DNA from: Macrostomum lignano
Lineage: Eukaryota
Assembly (NCBI GenBank): GCA_002269645.1
Contig: NIVC01000654.1
Coordinates: forward strand, 251,009-315,008
Reading direction: 5' to 3'
Length of the DNA: 64,000 nucleotides
The notes beneath the pieces were generated by a model. That model was not told the DNA's origin, made no database searches, and saw nothing but the letters and a program-made list of their open reading frames with translations. Position 1 is the first letter of the stretch; every line of letters begins with the position of its first letter. The position numbers and the translations under genes are program-made. Positions 48,550-60,514 of the stretch are shown piece after piece.

Positions 48550-49931
48550 AATTTTTTGCCTAGCAATGGTTAAGTTTACCATTTAACTTAAGCTGGAACT
48601 CTGCAAACAACAATAAGTTTGCTTTTTTCCTCCTACAGTTTAGCAAGAACTTTTTAAGGCCTATCGGCATCGATCAAGCCGGCACTTATGACTTAGCAAT
48701 TATTAATGTCGCCATGCGGCCGTTGGGCATAACCGGTAGCCCACTGCCCAGGCCATAGGAATTTAGGCAATGAGCTGTAAGATAGATCTTAAAAGGATTC
48801 AGATTCGTTTGAAGTTCAAGCTTCCTTCAACATTAATTTTGCTTTATAAAACTCTTTTGAGCAAATCTAACACAAGAAACGTTTCATCTATTCATTCCAT
48901 TCGAATGCCGGTTTAGCGATATGTATAGAAAAAGAAGTTTACAACATAAAACTATGTATTTTTAGCCAAATAGAACTTACACACCTTTACGCTCATTAAA
49001 TTTAAATTATTTTTTATTAAACTTTACTTATTTTTGAGAGAACTAATTAGCAGACTACAGAAAACTCTTTGCATTTTGCTATAATAAATCACTTTCCTGC
49101 AAAGTTGGCTTCGATTTTTCTTTTGTAACGCATTTTAACATAAGCATGCTTGCTTGACCTTGATTTGACACAGTGTCACTGAGCGCGCGGCTCTGGGCTG
49201 CATGAACGGAACGTCGCTCGACTTTCTTCTAGTTATGTGGTAGTTTAATTCAATAAAAAGTAGATCTGTCATGCAGATAATAGTCTCTTATTTGCATAGG
49301 CCCTATTTCAAGGACAGGCCACAGACAGACATGTATAGGGCCCAGCTAGGTCAGTACTCAGTAGATCAAGAAGACCAAGTCAAGCAGATTTAGAATTAGA
49401 TTTTTAGTATATAGGATGGTGCAAGTTAGAAAAAAATCGTTTGAACCATTTTCTTCTGAAATCTAGCCTATCATATAGGCCTAGCTACAGACAACTCATT
49501 TTTAGTATAGGAGCCTATAATAAGATGCTAGCTCAGAAGTCAGTCAATCATATTCATAGCTTTATAATCATGACATAAGGCTATCCACATCCAGTAACCA
49601 ATATCCGCTATATCAATATCAACAGATGTTATGCAGTTATGCTAAAGTCTTAGACTTAGACCTAGGCTTAGTCCTAAAAATTCAAATCTAAGGCCTATTA
49701 GAATAGATATATCATGTAGTTATAAATTATGATAATGTGAAATCAAACTGTCAAATTTCTTTGTAATTTCCTATTATTAATATTATTTTAGTAAAGCCAA
49801 TGCATACTAGGCCCAGCAGCCCTAGCCTAACCTATAATTTTCTATTGAAGGGGGGCTACTACATTGGGAGACTGGAGAAGAGATTTATCTATTAGAATAA
49901 AGGGAATAGAAGGTTAGGCTATATGCTGATA

Positions 49932-50229
49932 CATACATGCGCAACAGTCGGCCGAGTCGGCCGATTCGGCCGACCGATTTGGCGGCCAACCAAGGAAGTC
50001 GCAAAAATACCCACCCAAAAATTTACCCAAGTAGTAGTACTAAGTAGCTGACGAGGCATTTTGGCTTAATAAGACAGTTATAGTTACTCCTGCCGTTTAC
50101 CCAAAGTTGCGTTTATTTTGCTTTAGGGTTTTTTGATGTGTAAGTCGCATTTTTGGCCAAAAACTACGTCGCATTTTTGTTAAAACTAAGTCGCATGGCC
50201 GACCGAATTTTGGAGGTTGCGCATGTATG
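49932..50229. mobile_element. MITE family CATACATGCGCAAC, copy 2 (298 bp), TSD TGCTGATA
   Basis: Perfect 14-bp TIRs; TSD at 49924-49931 and 50230-50237; opposite orientation to copies 1 and 3; internal repeats of TCGGCCGA and AAGTCGCATTTT. Confidence 0.92.
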
Positions 50230-51607
50230 TGCTGATAAGACCATGGGCATGCTGATAATAGATTAGGGGCAGGGAGTATATACTAATACACTAGGGGGTA
50301 GGGGCCTATATGCTAACAGACTTCTATAGACTTCCATTAGCCCCCCCCCCCCTTATCTCCTCCCAGGCAATTGCCATTGGCATTCCTTAACAAACAACAA
50401 CAAATTATCCCTATTGAAATAAATAGACCTATAGCTATAGATAAGAATAAGCTACCAACGTACCAAGTAAGTACCTACATATTTGATTTATGGCACTTAA
50501 TTTTCCCATGAACTGCCCATTAGGCCAGCAAGTACAAGTAGCAGCAGCTACTCATATCCCTGTATTTACCCCCTGTGAGAAATTCCTAGCTATACCCCTA
50601 GCCACAATAACATCTGCCTTGATTCTAGCTACAATGCAACACTAGAAAATTCCAAAATTGTAACAGAAAATCAAATGCCTTTTGTCCACTTATTCTAATA
50701 GGGCCAGACTCCGGATGGTATATATGTATGCAAAAAAATCTGGCATACAAAGGGACCTAGAGTATACCATTGGTACCCGCTAGGACCCAACTCTGACTTT
50801 TAACTGTAAACTGACTCAAAGAAAAGGAAAATCAAGCCAATTTTCATTCGATTTTCATCTTGTTAAAATGTTGGTGTTGTCTGCTCAATTTTAGGCAGAT
50901 AAAAGTATTAAAAAACGGATGAAATTTAGACTAACATTCATCTTCGTACAATTCTCACCGGTTTTTGTCAGACCGAAAGAGAAAAGTCGGTCCGACAAAA
51001 TCGACAACTCATCTATTTCTCTAAGAAAACATAACAACTACTCTGACATTCACCAGATATAAGTCCAACTTTCAGCGGTGTGTAAATCTGCATAAATATG
51101 ACAATGTGATTCATTCCGATTTTCACCGATTTTCATCTGCACAAGTCGGACTAACTGCTACACGACTTTCACCTGACAATGATGGCTCAAATTAATGGAA
51201 CAATGTTGGTCTTGATATATATTCACCAAAGTAAGAAACTAACAGTGTTTGACTCAAGATTTTGCAGTTTATAATTATAAAATTAAATGTTGTAGCAAGT
51301 TTTAAAATATAATTAAACTTGACAGCTTAATTACTATATTATTTTTTACAGTACCATTAGTTTGAAAAATTATATTGGCATTTACCTTTTAGTTTGTAAA
51401 AAATATTACTTTGTTATAATTATTCGTTTGTATAAATTTTAGAAAAAATGCTGAAGTATGTTTAAAGTTTAATATGAATAATATGCATATGATATGGAAG
51501 CACGATAAAGTAGATAAAATTGTTATAAAACAGTTTTAAGTGACTCCCACCCTCTCCCAGATCAGGCAAGACCAGATTTGTTGGCCTTGTCTGCCATTTT
51601 GTCAGCC

Positions 51608-52817
51608 TCATCCACCTGCCTTGTTTGCAGGCTTGGCCACTTTTGCTTCACGTTTCTCTAACAGGTGTCCGGCCCTCTTCTTTGCCTAGTTAATGGCATC
51701 AACACATGCCGCGTAGGCCCGCTGAATTTCGGCGTGAGACACTTTGACACCATTATTATCCAGATGCTTGATAATGACCTCAATTCTGGTGTGGTCTGCC
51801 ACCACTTGCGTGTTCTCCCCAGAGCTACGGCCAGTAAATGATGTGTCTTTTAGCTCTATTTTTTCAAAAAGAGTGCGAATACAAAATTGGAGCAGGCTCC
51901 TGCAAAGTTTCGACAACTTGTCAATGTCTTTGCAGCGCTTCAACTGCTCAATTTGTGTTAGGATTGATGCACGATCCATAGCTCGCACCTGTATGTATTG
52001 GGATCGTCCGAAAAGGTGGGGCATAATAAATCTGTACATTGTAACTTGTATATTGTCTGTGAAACAATATTAGATTTCAGATAATAAGAATAACGACAGA
52101 ATCAAATGATTTATGCGTCATTACCTTCTGGGTCAGAAATTCCTCAGAGAGTGGAATGTAAATGCAATCACAGCCGGACTTCGACCGGCCAGCGGATTTT
52201 AGCTGGCATGTAACGTCTAGCGGCGCAACACTTTCAGAGGCACAATCCTTGTCGTCGGCATCAGCCACAGAAATGATTGCGGCAGCAACTGATAAAAGAG
52301 CGCGTCGCCTGACCTGCGTGGCATAAACCATGGCTTCAGTTAACTGCTCCTGCAGCCGCGAGGTAGATTCGCCAAGAGCTGCTACTTCATCAGCCCTCTT
52401 GTCCAGCAGTTTTAACAGCTCAACATGCTCCTGATGGAGGGCCATTAGTTTGGTTTTCCAAGTTTTTTGTTGCTCGTCCTTTCTCGAGCATTCAGGGCAG
52501 CTATCGACATTTGTTGGCAGCGATGTCGTGGGTGGAGGATCTGCCTCTGATTCCACACTTTGGCAGAGTTTCAGAAATTTCCTGCCCTGCTCCATAGAAG
52601 CAAACGGGCCCTTGATAATTGTGGCCGGATGCCGAGCAGCACTTTGTTTATTTCTCTTGGCCAAAACAACTTCCACCTGTTGGCCAACAGTGCGGACGTA
52701 GCCGTCGTCCAAGTCGACACCCTCGTCTAAAATGTCGACATCATTAACGAGGGTGCACTGCTTCTTGCCCAGTTTAAACTATACCAACCAAATAATCTCA
52801 GCTGCTTTGGGTGGCAT
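51608..52817 (-). pseudogene. BEN-domain protein gene (N-terminal barrel-like domain, CxxC/coiled coil, C-terminal BEN) with two in-frame TAG stops; exons 52817-52125 and 51988-51608
   Basis: ATG at 52817 (MPPKAAEIIWLV*FKLGKK..). A GT-AG intron at 52124-51989 joins EEFLTQK|VRAMDR in frame. The C-terminus CIRTLFEKIELKDTSFTGRSS..ADHTRIEVIIKHL..AEIQRAYAACVDAIN*AKKR fits the BEN pattern LF..L..S.TG..(L)D..R..I. Recognised by eye, no HMM run. Confidence 0.65.
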
Positions 52818-53224
52818 TTTTTAGGCAAATTGGCCTTTAAGTCTGTAACAATTGGTGTGGGTAATTTAGGTTTATCGCAAATAATAGAATTAACTGGGAT
52901 ATATTTGGAGTGGAGTAATACAGAAAACTATGTAGATAAACACATAGATAGATAGATAGATAGTACAAACAGTACGGAATGGCGGCATATTGGCGCAGTC
53001 TAAGTTGGCATTTGAACTGTTGTACATACTATAGGTACGCGTCTAATTACGAATATAGGTGTCTATACTGAGAAAATGTGACACTGGCAACATTAAATAA
53101 ATAAAGTATAAATGGAAAAAGAAAGGAAGTATCAAACCTTGATTTATATATTTTTGTTCGTATCTGTACATAAAACTGACATGAATTATTGCTGTTTGAA
53201 TCTGTAAAAAAAAACTGACATGAA

Positions 53225-54700
53225 TTATTCATTGGCAAATGCATTATGCAGATAGCAATAGCGTCGCGATGCTACACCTCTGACGCCTCTCCACAGGCAC
53301 ACACACTCAAATGCCATTGAGGGCGGAGGTTCATCTTGCTCATCCTGCATCTCAGCTGCAGTTGCGTCTTGGCGATCTTCACTTTCTGCAGTCTCGCAAT
53401 CCAGTCGAGGCTGCTTAATTGCCAGGTAGCTGTAAAACTCGCTGCGCTCGCTGTCCTGTTTCTAGTGATCCACAATGACCTGTTTAACGGTATGGGAGCA
53501 CTCTTGTCATACTAAATTATACAAGCTAATGGATAAATTGCATGTAGAGTAAGTGGGCAGCTTACCCTGGGACGCGGATATACCCGGCGGATGCACTTTG
53601 CTTGCACGCTGAGCGCTAGTTTTTTGCCATTGGCTGAAATGCTAGTGGAGGAGAGGGCACCACCTCCCAAAATAAAAATTTTGGGAGACTCCAGCAACAG
53701 AGTTGCGCCAGGTAGGAGCTTGGGAAACAGTCTCGTCGCCCGGACGTCAACGACTGCTTCAATATAAGTAAAGTCGTCAGACAAAGTTGCAGTGAGGAAA
53801 CTCTCAGGTTCCATGACTTCAAGTGCTCAGACAAACGCAAGTACGACAGACTTGGTCTTTTTGACTGGTGCGCCGCGTAAGGTTGCATGGCACTCCAGGT
53901 ATGCCAGATCATCTGGGCACAATGCGCGAGTATCCAGTTGCGCCGCAACCCACAATGGGGATTCGTGAATGTTGAAATTCGACATTTCGACAGTTTTTGT
54001 GGTACTCAAGTGTATTGCAATCCTTCAGATCTAATCATAATCTGAAGTAAGTGCACTCAATTTAAGGAACACGAAGGAACAAAAAGTTAAAAAAGAAACA
54101 CGATTTACATATTATGTTTCCTGATATGTAAATTATATATTTATTATTAATTATTATATGTAAATACATATTTACAGCATATTTACAATGTATTTACATT
54201 CACATAAAATTTTAAATATAACACTGCTTGGTGGGCCAGCTAGCAAGAAAAAGACAAAGAATGGAGAAAGAAAGCGAGAAAGATAAAAAGACTGCTAGCC
54301 TACGAATAATTCAGCTGCGAGAATGGCATCAGAGCAATATGCATTCTGCTCACAAGGCACGTGCCCAGGATTTTGTCGGTGCCGACTGTGTATGCAGCAG
54401 CGTCCGATTCATCGTCGCTGCAGAAAGGATCCTCCATCAGGCGCACGACATGCGCGAGCCGACATCCACGACTGGGTGATTGTGGAGGCAATGAACAGAG
54501 TGGAGTGGCCGGATAATATACCAGCTCCACCATCTTGATGAGCCTAAGAGTGGTTTTCACGATGTTGATGTTCATATCAGCTTGAATCGCTTCTACTTTG
54601 CTGAAAATTATTTCAGTGGCTGCCTGGCCTTGAGTAGCTACAAAGCAGGATGCTGTCTTCAAAGCCCTAGCTACAGCTGTATAGACTTCTGTAACTGGGT
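53225..54700 (-). pseudogene. Spliced gene with an HROB/C17orf53 (DUF4539)-like OB fold and an acidic tail, interrupted by in-frame TGA/TAG
   Basis: Reading through the TGA at 53827-53829 gives ESPLW..KTKSVVLAFV*ALEVMEPESFLTATLSDDFTYIEAVVD..KLLPGATLLLESPKIF..LALSVQAKCIRRVYP. This resembles the HROB pattern PW..v.l.DptG.i.gtvh..l.pG.vLlL..vF..ylnv..nlv.iy. GT-AG intron at 53565-53480; a candidate upstream exon at ~54700-54354 ends at GTGAGC. The 5' structure is unresolved. Confidence 0.45.
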
Positions 54701-55869
54701 TAAAATTTTTAAATAAATTAAAAGTAAAACAAAAATAGTTAAAATGAACTAGTTCTATATAGTTAAGTATAAAATTTACCAGTTTTAACACATTTTTAAA
54801 TATTTTTATTTTTTAATTTTTAAATATTTTTTAAATATTAGAATTTTGCAAGCTGTTAATACTAGTCATAATTTGTATTCTTTTTGGCATATTTTTGTAT
54901 GCAAGAAAAAGTTTGTTGGTATACATTGGCATACATTAGCTACAAAATCAATTTTTGTTCTAGCATACAGCAGTACATAATCCTGACCCTAGTAATAGGG
55001 CAAATTATGTAGCCTTGCAAGAAAAGTCACAAACAGGGTGCTTCAGATAGCGTATTGCAAAGCCTGAGAATAGACAAAGTCTACCCCATTGGTAGTATCA
55101 GGCATTATATAAAAGGCAGTTTATGTATTGATAGGTTTGGGCTTGGCCCAACCTAAATGGGTTTTTCAAAGTGAATAACAAAATATCCTGAACAAGTTAA
55201 AAGCCATGGCTATCCTTGGCCTAGATCATATAGCCTACCAGTTGAAATTGCCACCAATGCAAGATGGTAGATAGGCATTTCTTGCTAGATGCTTGTTGCA
55301 TATCTGTAGACTTTGATAATTTTTTAAAACAGGGGCTATTCCCAATTGAATCAGTTAAAAAAAGAAAAAATTATCAAGATTCTACATGTATATAATTGAT
55401 TATTGTTGGAAAAGTTCTTTTATATTCTAGAATATTCCATTTTATAGCTTGTTTAAAGTTCTATATCCAAGGTATATGCTCTCTACATTTACTGGCAGAG
55501 GGTTATCAAACACTAGTGATTATATTTAGTTTTTTAATTAGGATTAATAACCCCATATAAAAATGTTATATAGAATAAAGTTGTGAGTTGTGACAAATAT
55601 AAAAAAATTAATGGTCTAATATATAGAAATCAAATCCAAATTAGTTGTTGATTTTTAAGCAAGACTTGCTAATGTTCTAGCATCTGCTATCTTAGTTTTC
55701 ATTATTTTTAGGCCTAGAGAATTAATATCTTAAACAAATTTTATGTCCTTTATCTAAATGTTCTTATTCATTGGTTGCTAATTGAAAAAAAGCAAGATAG
55801 GCCTAGTAGATTCTAAAACAATATAGAACTATTAGTGTATAGACTTCAAAGCAATTAATTCCAATATAA

Positions 55870-56022
55870 AACTAGAGCCCCCTAATAAAAACTGGGACAG
55901 AATACTGGGACAGTACTATTGGACAGAATAGTAGCCACGTGACTGCTCTCAGCCAATAGTGACTTACATGTGTGTGTTGCCAATAGAAATGGCTGGGTGA
56001 ATTCCAAGGTTGCGCATGTATG
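55870..56022. mobile_element. Orphan terminus with the same TIR (GTTGCGCATGTATG) but a different subterminal sequence
   Basis: TIR at 56009-56022. I found no partner TIR preceded by a matching TAAACCTT TSD. The left boundary is approximate. Confidence 0.55.
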
Positions 56023-56879
56023 TAAACCTTCCTGTCTATATCCTTAGGTCTTAGTTTAGTATCCTTAGTAAAAAAAGGAATATCATAGCTAGAAGCCAGT
56101 TAATGTAAGTAGTATGAGGAAGTCTATTATCTTAACCCATATGCATCTATCATAGAATGCACAATGATGGCTGCCTTGCAATTGTATTCCACTTTCAAAG
56201 GACATAATAGATGATTTTTCATCTAAAATAAACAAAATTAGTTTTATTTTTAGTAATAAACCCAGTTTATACATTTCATGAAGGCTAGAAATGGCTACAG
56301 TGGATGTTTTCTTGCATTATTCTTTTTATATAAGCTTTTAATTCTACTTGTTTTGCCACTCCTTGCTAACTTAAGCCCATGGTACCAATTTACTATAAGT
56401 GTCAATTGTAGTACTATTGTTCACCTTTATAAGGGTAAATGCTACCTTTTAATATAAAAAAACTGTTTTTCAATTCCATTGTTGGATGCAAAATTCTCTA
56501 GATAAATTGCTTTTTTGTGTGAGAAAAAGTGGTTTCAATAAAAAGTCATTCTTTATTTAGAATTCAAAATATTGAATGCTAAATATACATTACCATGAAA
56601 TATAAGCAATAGCTTGGTGGAAAATACCAAATCTTTGTTGATTTAAATCAAATTTTCACTACAAGCAAGTGTTGGCTAGAATAGTTATTAGCACATTGCA
56701 TTTCTATCATTAATGCCCTCTCAGTCATTCACCCACAGTTTTAGTTATAAAAATGGTAGTAATGCTATTGTGTATTCAAATCATTGCTTTATTGAATGTC
56801 TATTAACCTCATAAACTTTATTATAGAGGACAAAGTGCTAAAAAGCTAAAAACATTGTTGGTAGGGGTAAAAGTACAAA

Positions 56880-57141
56880 CATCATGCGCAACCCATTGAT
56901 TTACACTGGCCATGCGACCTATTTTTTGACGAAAAATGTGAACTGACTCCTGAAAAAAACCTAAACAAAACTAGTGTAATTTTAGGTACACAACAGGAGT
57001 AACTATAAATGTAATATTAGGGCTAAATGCCTCGTCAGCTAATTAGTATCATTGCGTTTATTTTGCGTAAACAATTTTGCAACTTACCTTGGCAGGGCGC
57101 CTCGCCAGCCGGCCACATCGGCCGGGTGTTGCGCATGTATG
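56880..57141. mobile_element. MITE family CATACATGCGCAAC, copy 3 (262 bp), TSD AGTACAAA, ~190 bp upstream of the LAS1L ATG
   Basis: Ends CATCATGCGCAAC...GTTGCGCATGTATG; TSD at 56872-56879 and 57142-57149. Confidence 0.9.
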
Positions 57142-57327
57142 AGTACAAAGTGTGTAACAGGGCAGTGCTGCAGAGGACAATCACATCCTATATTTTTCAA
57201 GAGTATTCTTATAATATTTCTAAATCTTATAGCAAATTTGAATGAATTTTTTAAACAATTAGACACTTAGAAAATCAAATAATTTTCCTTCAAAATAATT
57301 TTCAGAAACCAAATTCAGATAATAAAT

Positions 57328-60300
57328 ATGCACAAGCAAGCAAAGCTGACTGTGCCAACCGAACCTGTCGCCTTCAATCAAGTTGGTTTCAATAATAATT
57401 CAGCATTCAATTCGACAAGCAATTTAGCAAGATTCTTAACCACAGACAGTAGCCGTGACGCTACAGATGATAAGCAACCTGATGAACTGGTCAGCAAAGA
57501 TTATCACTGTCATCTCCAGCACCAACAGCAGCAGAACTGGCGCGTGTTGCCATGGCGGGATGCCTCAGAATTCATTGAAGTGGCCAGCTTAGCTGAGCTC
57601 GCACCATTAGAGACTCAGCCGCAGGCGCTTGCAGATCTGTGCACTCGTCTGGCTGTTTGGTTGGCCCGTCTTGAGCAGCACCAGCTGCCTAGGGCTGTGC
57701 TGGCAACGGCGGAACTGGCCGAGGCACTGTTGCTAGGCGAACGGCAGTCTATGGCCAATGCTGGCCAAAGATTTGTTAGTCTGTTGGCTGGCGAAGAGGA
57801 AACTCGAACTAAACAGATGGCTTATACTGTACCTGTGACTAAAGTGGCCGCGTCCATGGGGATTCCTGATTGGCTGGTTCAGGTGAGCAGCGATTCCTGG
57901 GTTCTCGATCCCTAATCCCAGGTTCCCAATCCCTAATCCCAGATTCCCGATCTCTAATCCCAGATTTCCGATCTCTAATCCCAGATTCCAAATCCCTAGT
58001 CCCAGATTTTCTATCCCTACCCTAATCCCAGATTCCCAATCCCTAGTCCCAGATTTTCTATCCCTACCCTAATCCCAGATTCCCAATCCCTAGTCCCAGA
58101 TTTTCTATCCCTACCCTAATCCCAGATTCTCAATCTCGAATCCCAGATTTTCTATCCCTAATCTCAGATTCTCAATCCCTAATCAGATTCCCGATGTAGT
58201 ATCCCAGATTCCTGATCCCTAATCCCAGATTTCCGATCTCTAATCCCAGATTCCCAATCCCTAGTCCCAGATTTTCTATCCCTACCCTTATCCCAGATTC
58301 TCAATCTCGAATCCCAGATTTCCTATCCCTCATCCCAGATTCTCCATCTCGAATCCCAGATTTCCTATCCCTAATCTCAGATTCTCAATCCCTAATCAGA
58401 TTCCCGATGTAGAATCCCAGATTCCTGATCCCTAATCCCAGATTTCCGATCTCTAATCCCAGATTCCCAATCCCTAGTCCCAGATTTTCTATCCCTACCC
58501 TTATCCCAGATTCTCAATCTCGAATCCCAGATTTTCTATCCCTAATCTCAGATTCTCAATCCCTAATCAGATTCCCGATGTAGTATCCCAGATTCCTGAT
58601 CCCTAATCCCAGATTTCCGATCCCTAATCCCAGATTTCCTGTCCCTAATCCCAGTTTCCCGATCCCTAATCCCATATTCCCGATGCCTAATCCCAGATTC
58701 TCAATCCCTAATCCCAGATTCCCGATGCCTAATCCCAGATTATTAATCCCTAATCCCAGATTCTCAATCCCTAATCCCAGATTCCTGATGCCTAATCCCA
58801 GATTATTAGTCCCTAATTCCACACACCTTTCCTCCGCTCCGCAGATCAGACACGACGTGTGTCACGGCCTGTTGCCGCAGGCGCCTCTCCTGGCTGACGC
58901 CTGCCGAGAAGCGCTGCTCTGGCTCAGCAACAATTTCTGGCTACCCCAGGCAAAGCGCTGCTCTTCATCAATATCAATGCTGCAGCGGTCCTCTTCTCTA
59001 GCTTCATCAGCCCAGCCTCCTCTGTCTGTGCGGCGCTTTCTCCGCCTGCAGCTCAGTCCCAGCTCGGCGGAGAATTCCACTGCGCTAAACGCTCATCTGG
59101 ACGGCGTCAAAGCGCGTCGATTGGCCGCCAGTGAAGTCGAAAATCGTCGTTGGATTCGAGGCCTCCTGCTTGCCATGACCGGCGGTGACGGCAGCGCTAC
59201 AATCGACGCTCTGGCGGCCTTCTGGTTGCCAATGATTGGCGTGCTGAAAAAGTGCAACTTGGTGCCAAAGCTGATGGAGGAGACGCTGCTAGCTGCTGCC
59301 GCGGTTGCTGACGATGGCAACGGGGCTTCTCAGCCTGCGTCGGAACTGCTGCTGGTAATTGGGCTGCTTATTTTGTTGAATGTTTCAGGTCTAGGAGAAA
59401 TTGAGAGTTTAATACAGACTGAGGGACGTAATTAGGTAGTTACTGTGACCTGATTAAGTAGGGACTGGGATCTGTAATTAGGTAGGGACTGGGATCTGTA
59501 ATTAGGTAGGGACTGGGATCTGTAATTAGGTAGGCACGGGGATCTGTAATTAGGTAGGGACTGGGATCTGTAATTAGGTAGGCACGGGGATCTGTAATTA
59601 GGTAGGGACTGGGATCTGTAATTAGGTAGGCACGGGGATCTGTAATTAGGTAGGCACGGGAATCTGTAATTAGGTAGGGACTGGGATCTGTAATTAGGTA
59701 GGGACTGGGATCTGTAATTAGGTAGGGACTGGGATCTGTAATTAGGTAGGCACGGGGATCTGTAATTAGGTAGGGACTGGGATCTGTAATTAGGTAGGCA
59801 CGGGAATCTGTAATTAGGTAGGGACTGGGATCTGTAATTAGGTAGGGACTGGGATCTGTAATTAGGTAGGGACTGGGATCTGTAATTAGGTAGGCACGGG
59901 AATCTGTAATTAGGTAGGGACTGGGATCTGTAATCAGTTAAAAAAACGCCTCCCAAATCCCCAGCAGACCTGGTCGCTAGGCTGGCTCACCGGTTTGGAC
60001 CGAGTGGTATTCCCGGACGGCAGCCGGCGGCCGCCCCTGGCCTACTGCCTGCGCCGGCACAGCCGCTCAGCTATCGACTGGCCCAAACTGCTGCGTCGCT
60101 ACTGCGTTGCCAACCTCTGCCCTCGGCTGGCGCCCTTGGCCAAACTGATTGTGAAACTGCACGAGCCCGAACTGGCAGAACCCATTGCGCAAGGCTTGCT
60201 AAGCGTTCTGAATGAGGTTGTGTCCGAGCAATCCCATGGTTTGGTTGATGAAAACCTGTCGACAAAACGTAGCTCTAATAGTAGTCGGAAACGACCGTTG

Positions 60301-60420
60301 GAAAATTCGGACGATAAATCAACTGAGGAGAACGGCGAGACTCAATGGCGTAGGGATCTGTCTGTTGACTGGGACTGTCTGCCTATTGGCTGTCTGCCCT
60401 CTGAGCTCAAATACTCATAG
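57328..60420 (+). CDS. LAS1L: LAS1-like pre-rRNA ITS2 endoribonuclease, ~506 aa. Exons: 57328-57882, 58845-59354, 59965-60420
   Basis: Las1 HEPN domain: RVLPWRDASEF..RLAVWLAR..LPRAVLATAEL..RFVSLL..IPDWLVQ|IRHDVCHGLLP..WLSNNFW, with the RxxxxH motif RHDVCH. GT-AG junctions are in phase, with a NAGNAG acceptor at 59962-59967. Confidence 0.9.
57905..58815. repeat. 21-bp minisatellite CCCTAATCCCAGATTCCCAAT, LAS1L intron 1
   Basis: Direct inspection. Confidence 0.94.
59440..59935. repeat. 24-bp minisatellite CTGTAATTAGGTAGGGACTGGGAT, LAS1L intron 2
   Basis: Direct inspection. Confidence 0.96.
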
Positions 60421-60514
60421 GGATTTAATTTGACCTTTTAACTGCTGTTCTCTGAAATCATAGTTTGTGATAAGTCCAAGTCCGCGAGTCTGGTAGTCTA
60501 ATTTCAATTTGTTG

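Noticed and set aside
49932-56022. Single composite transposon from the TIR at 49932 to the TIR at 56022 enclosing the BEN/OB cassette
   Set aside because: Flanking 8-mers differ (TGCTGATA vs TAAACCTT), and the 49932 TIR already pairs with 50229 with a perfect TSD.
57905-58815. CCCTAA in each unit, suggesting an interstitial telomere
   Set aside because: There is only one hexamer per 21-bp unit and no (TTAGGG)n run.
18120-60420. KDM6A and LAS1L are both X-linked in humans, hinting at ancient synteny
   Set aside because: They are far apart on human X and FBXW5 is on another chromosome; two genes cannot distinguish synteny from chance.
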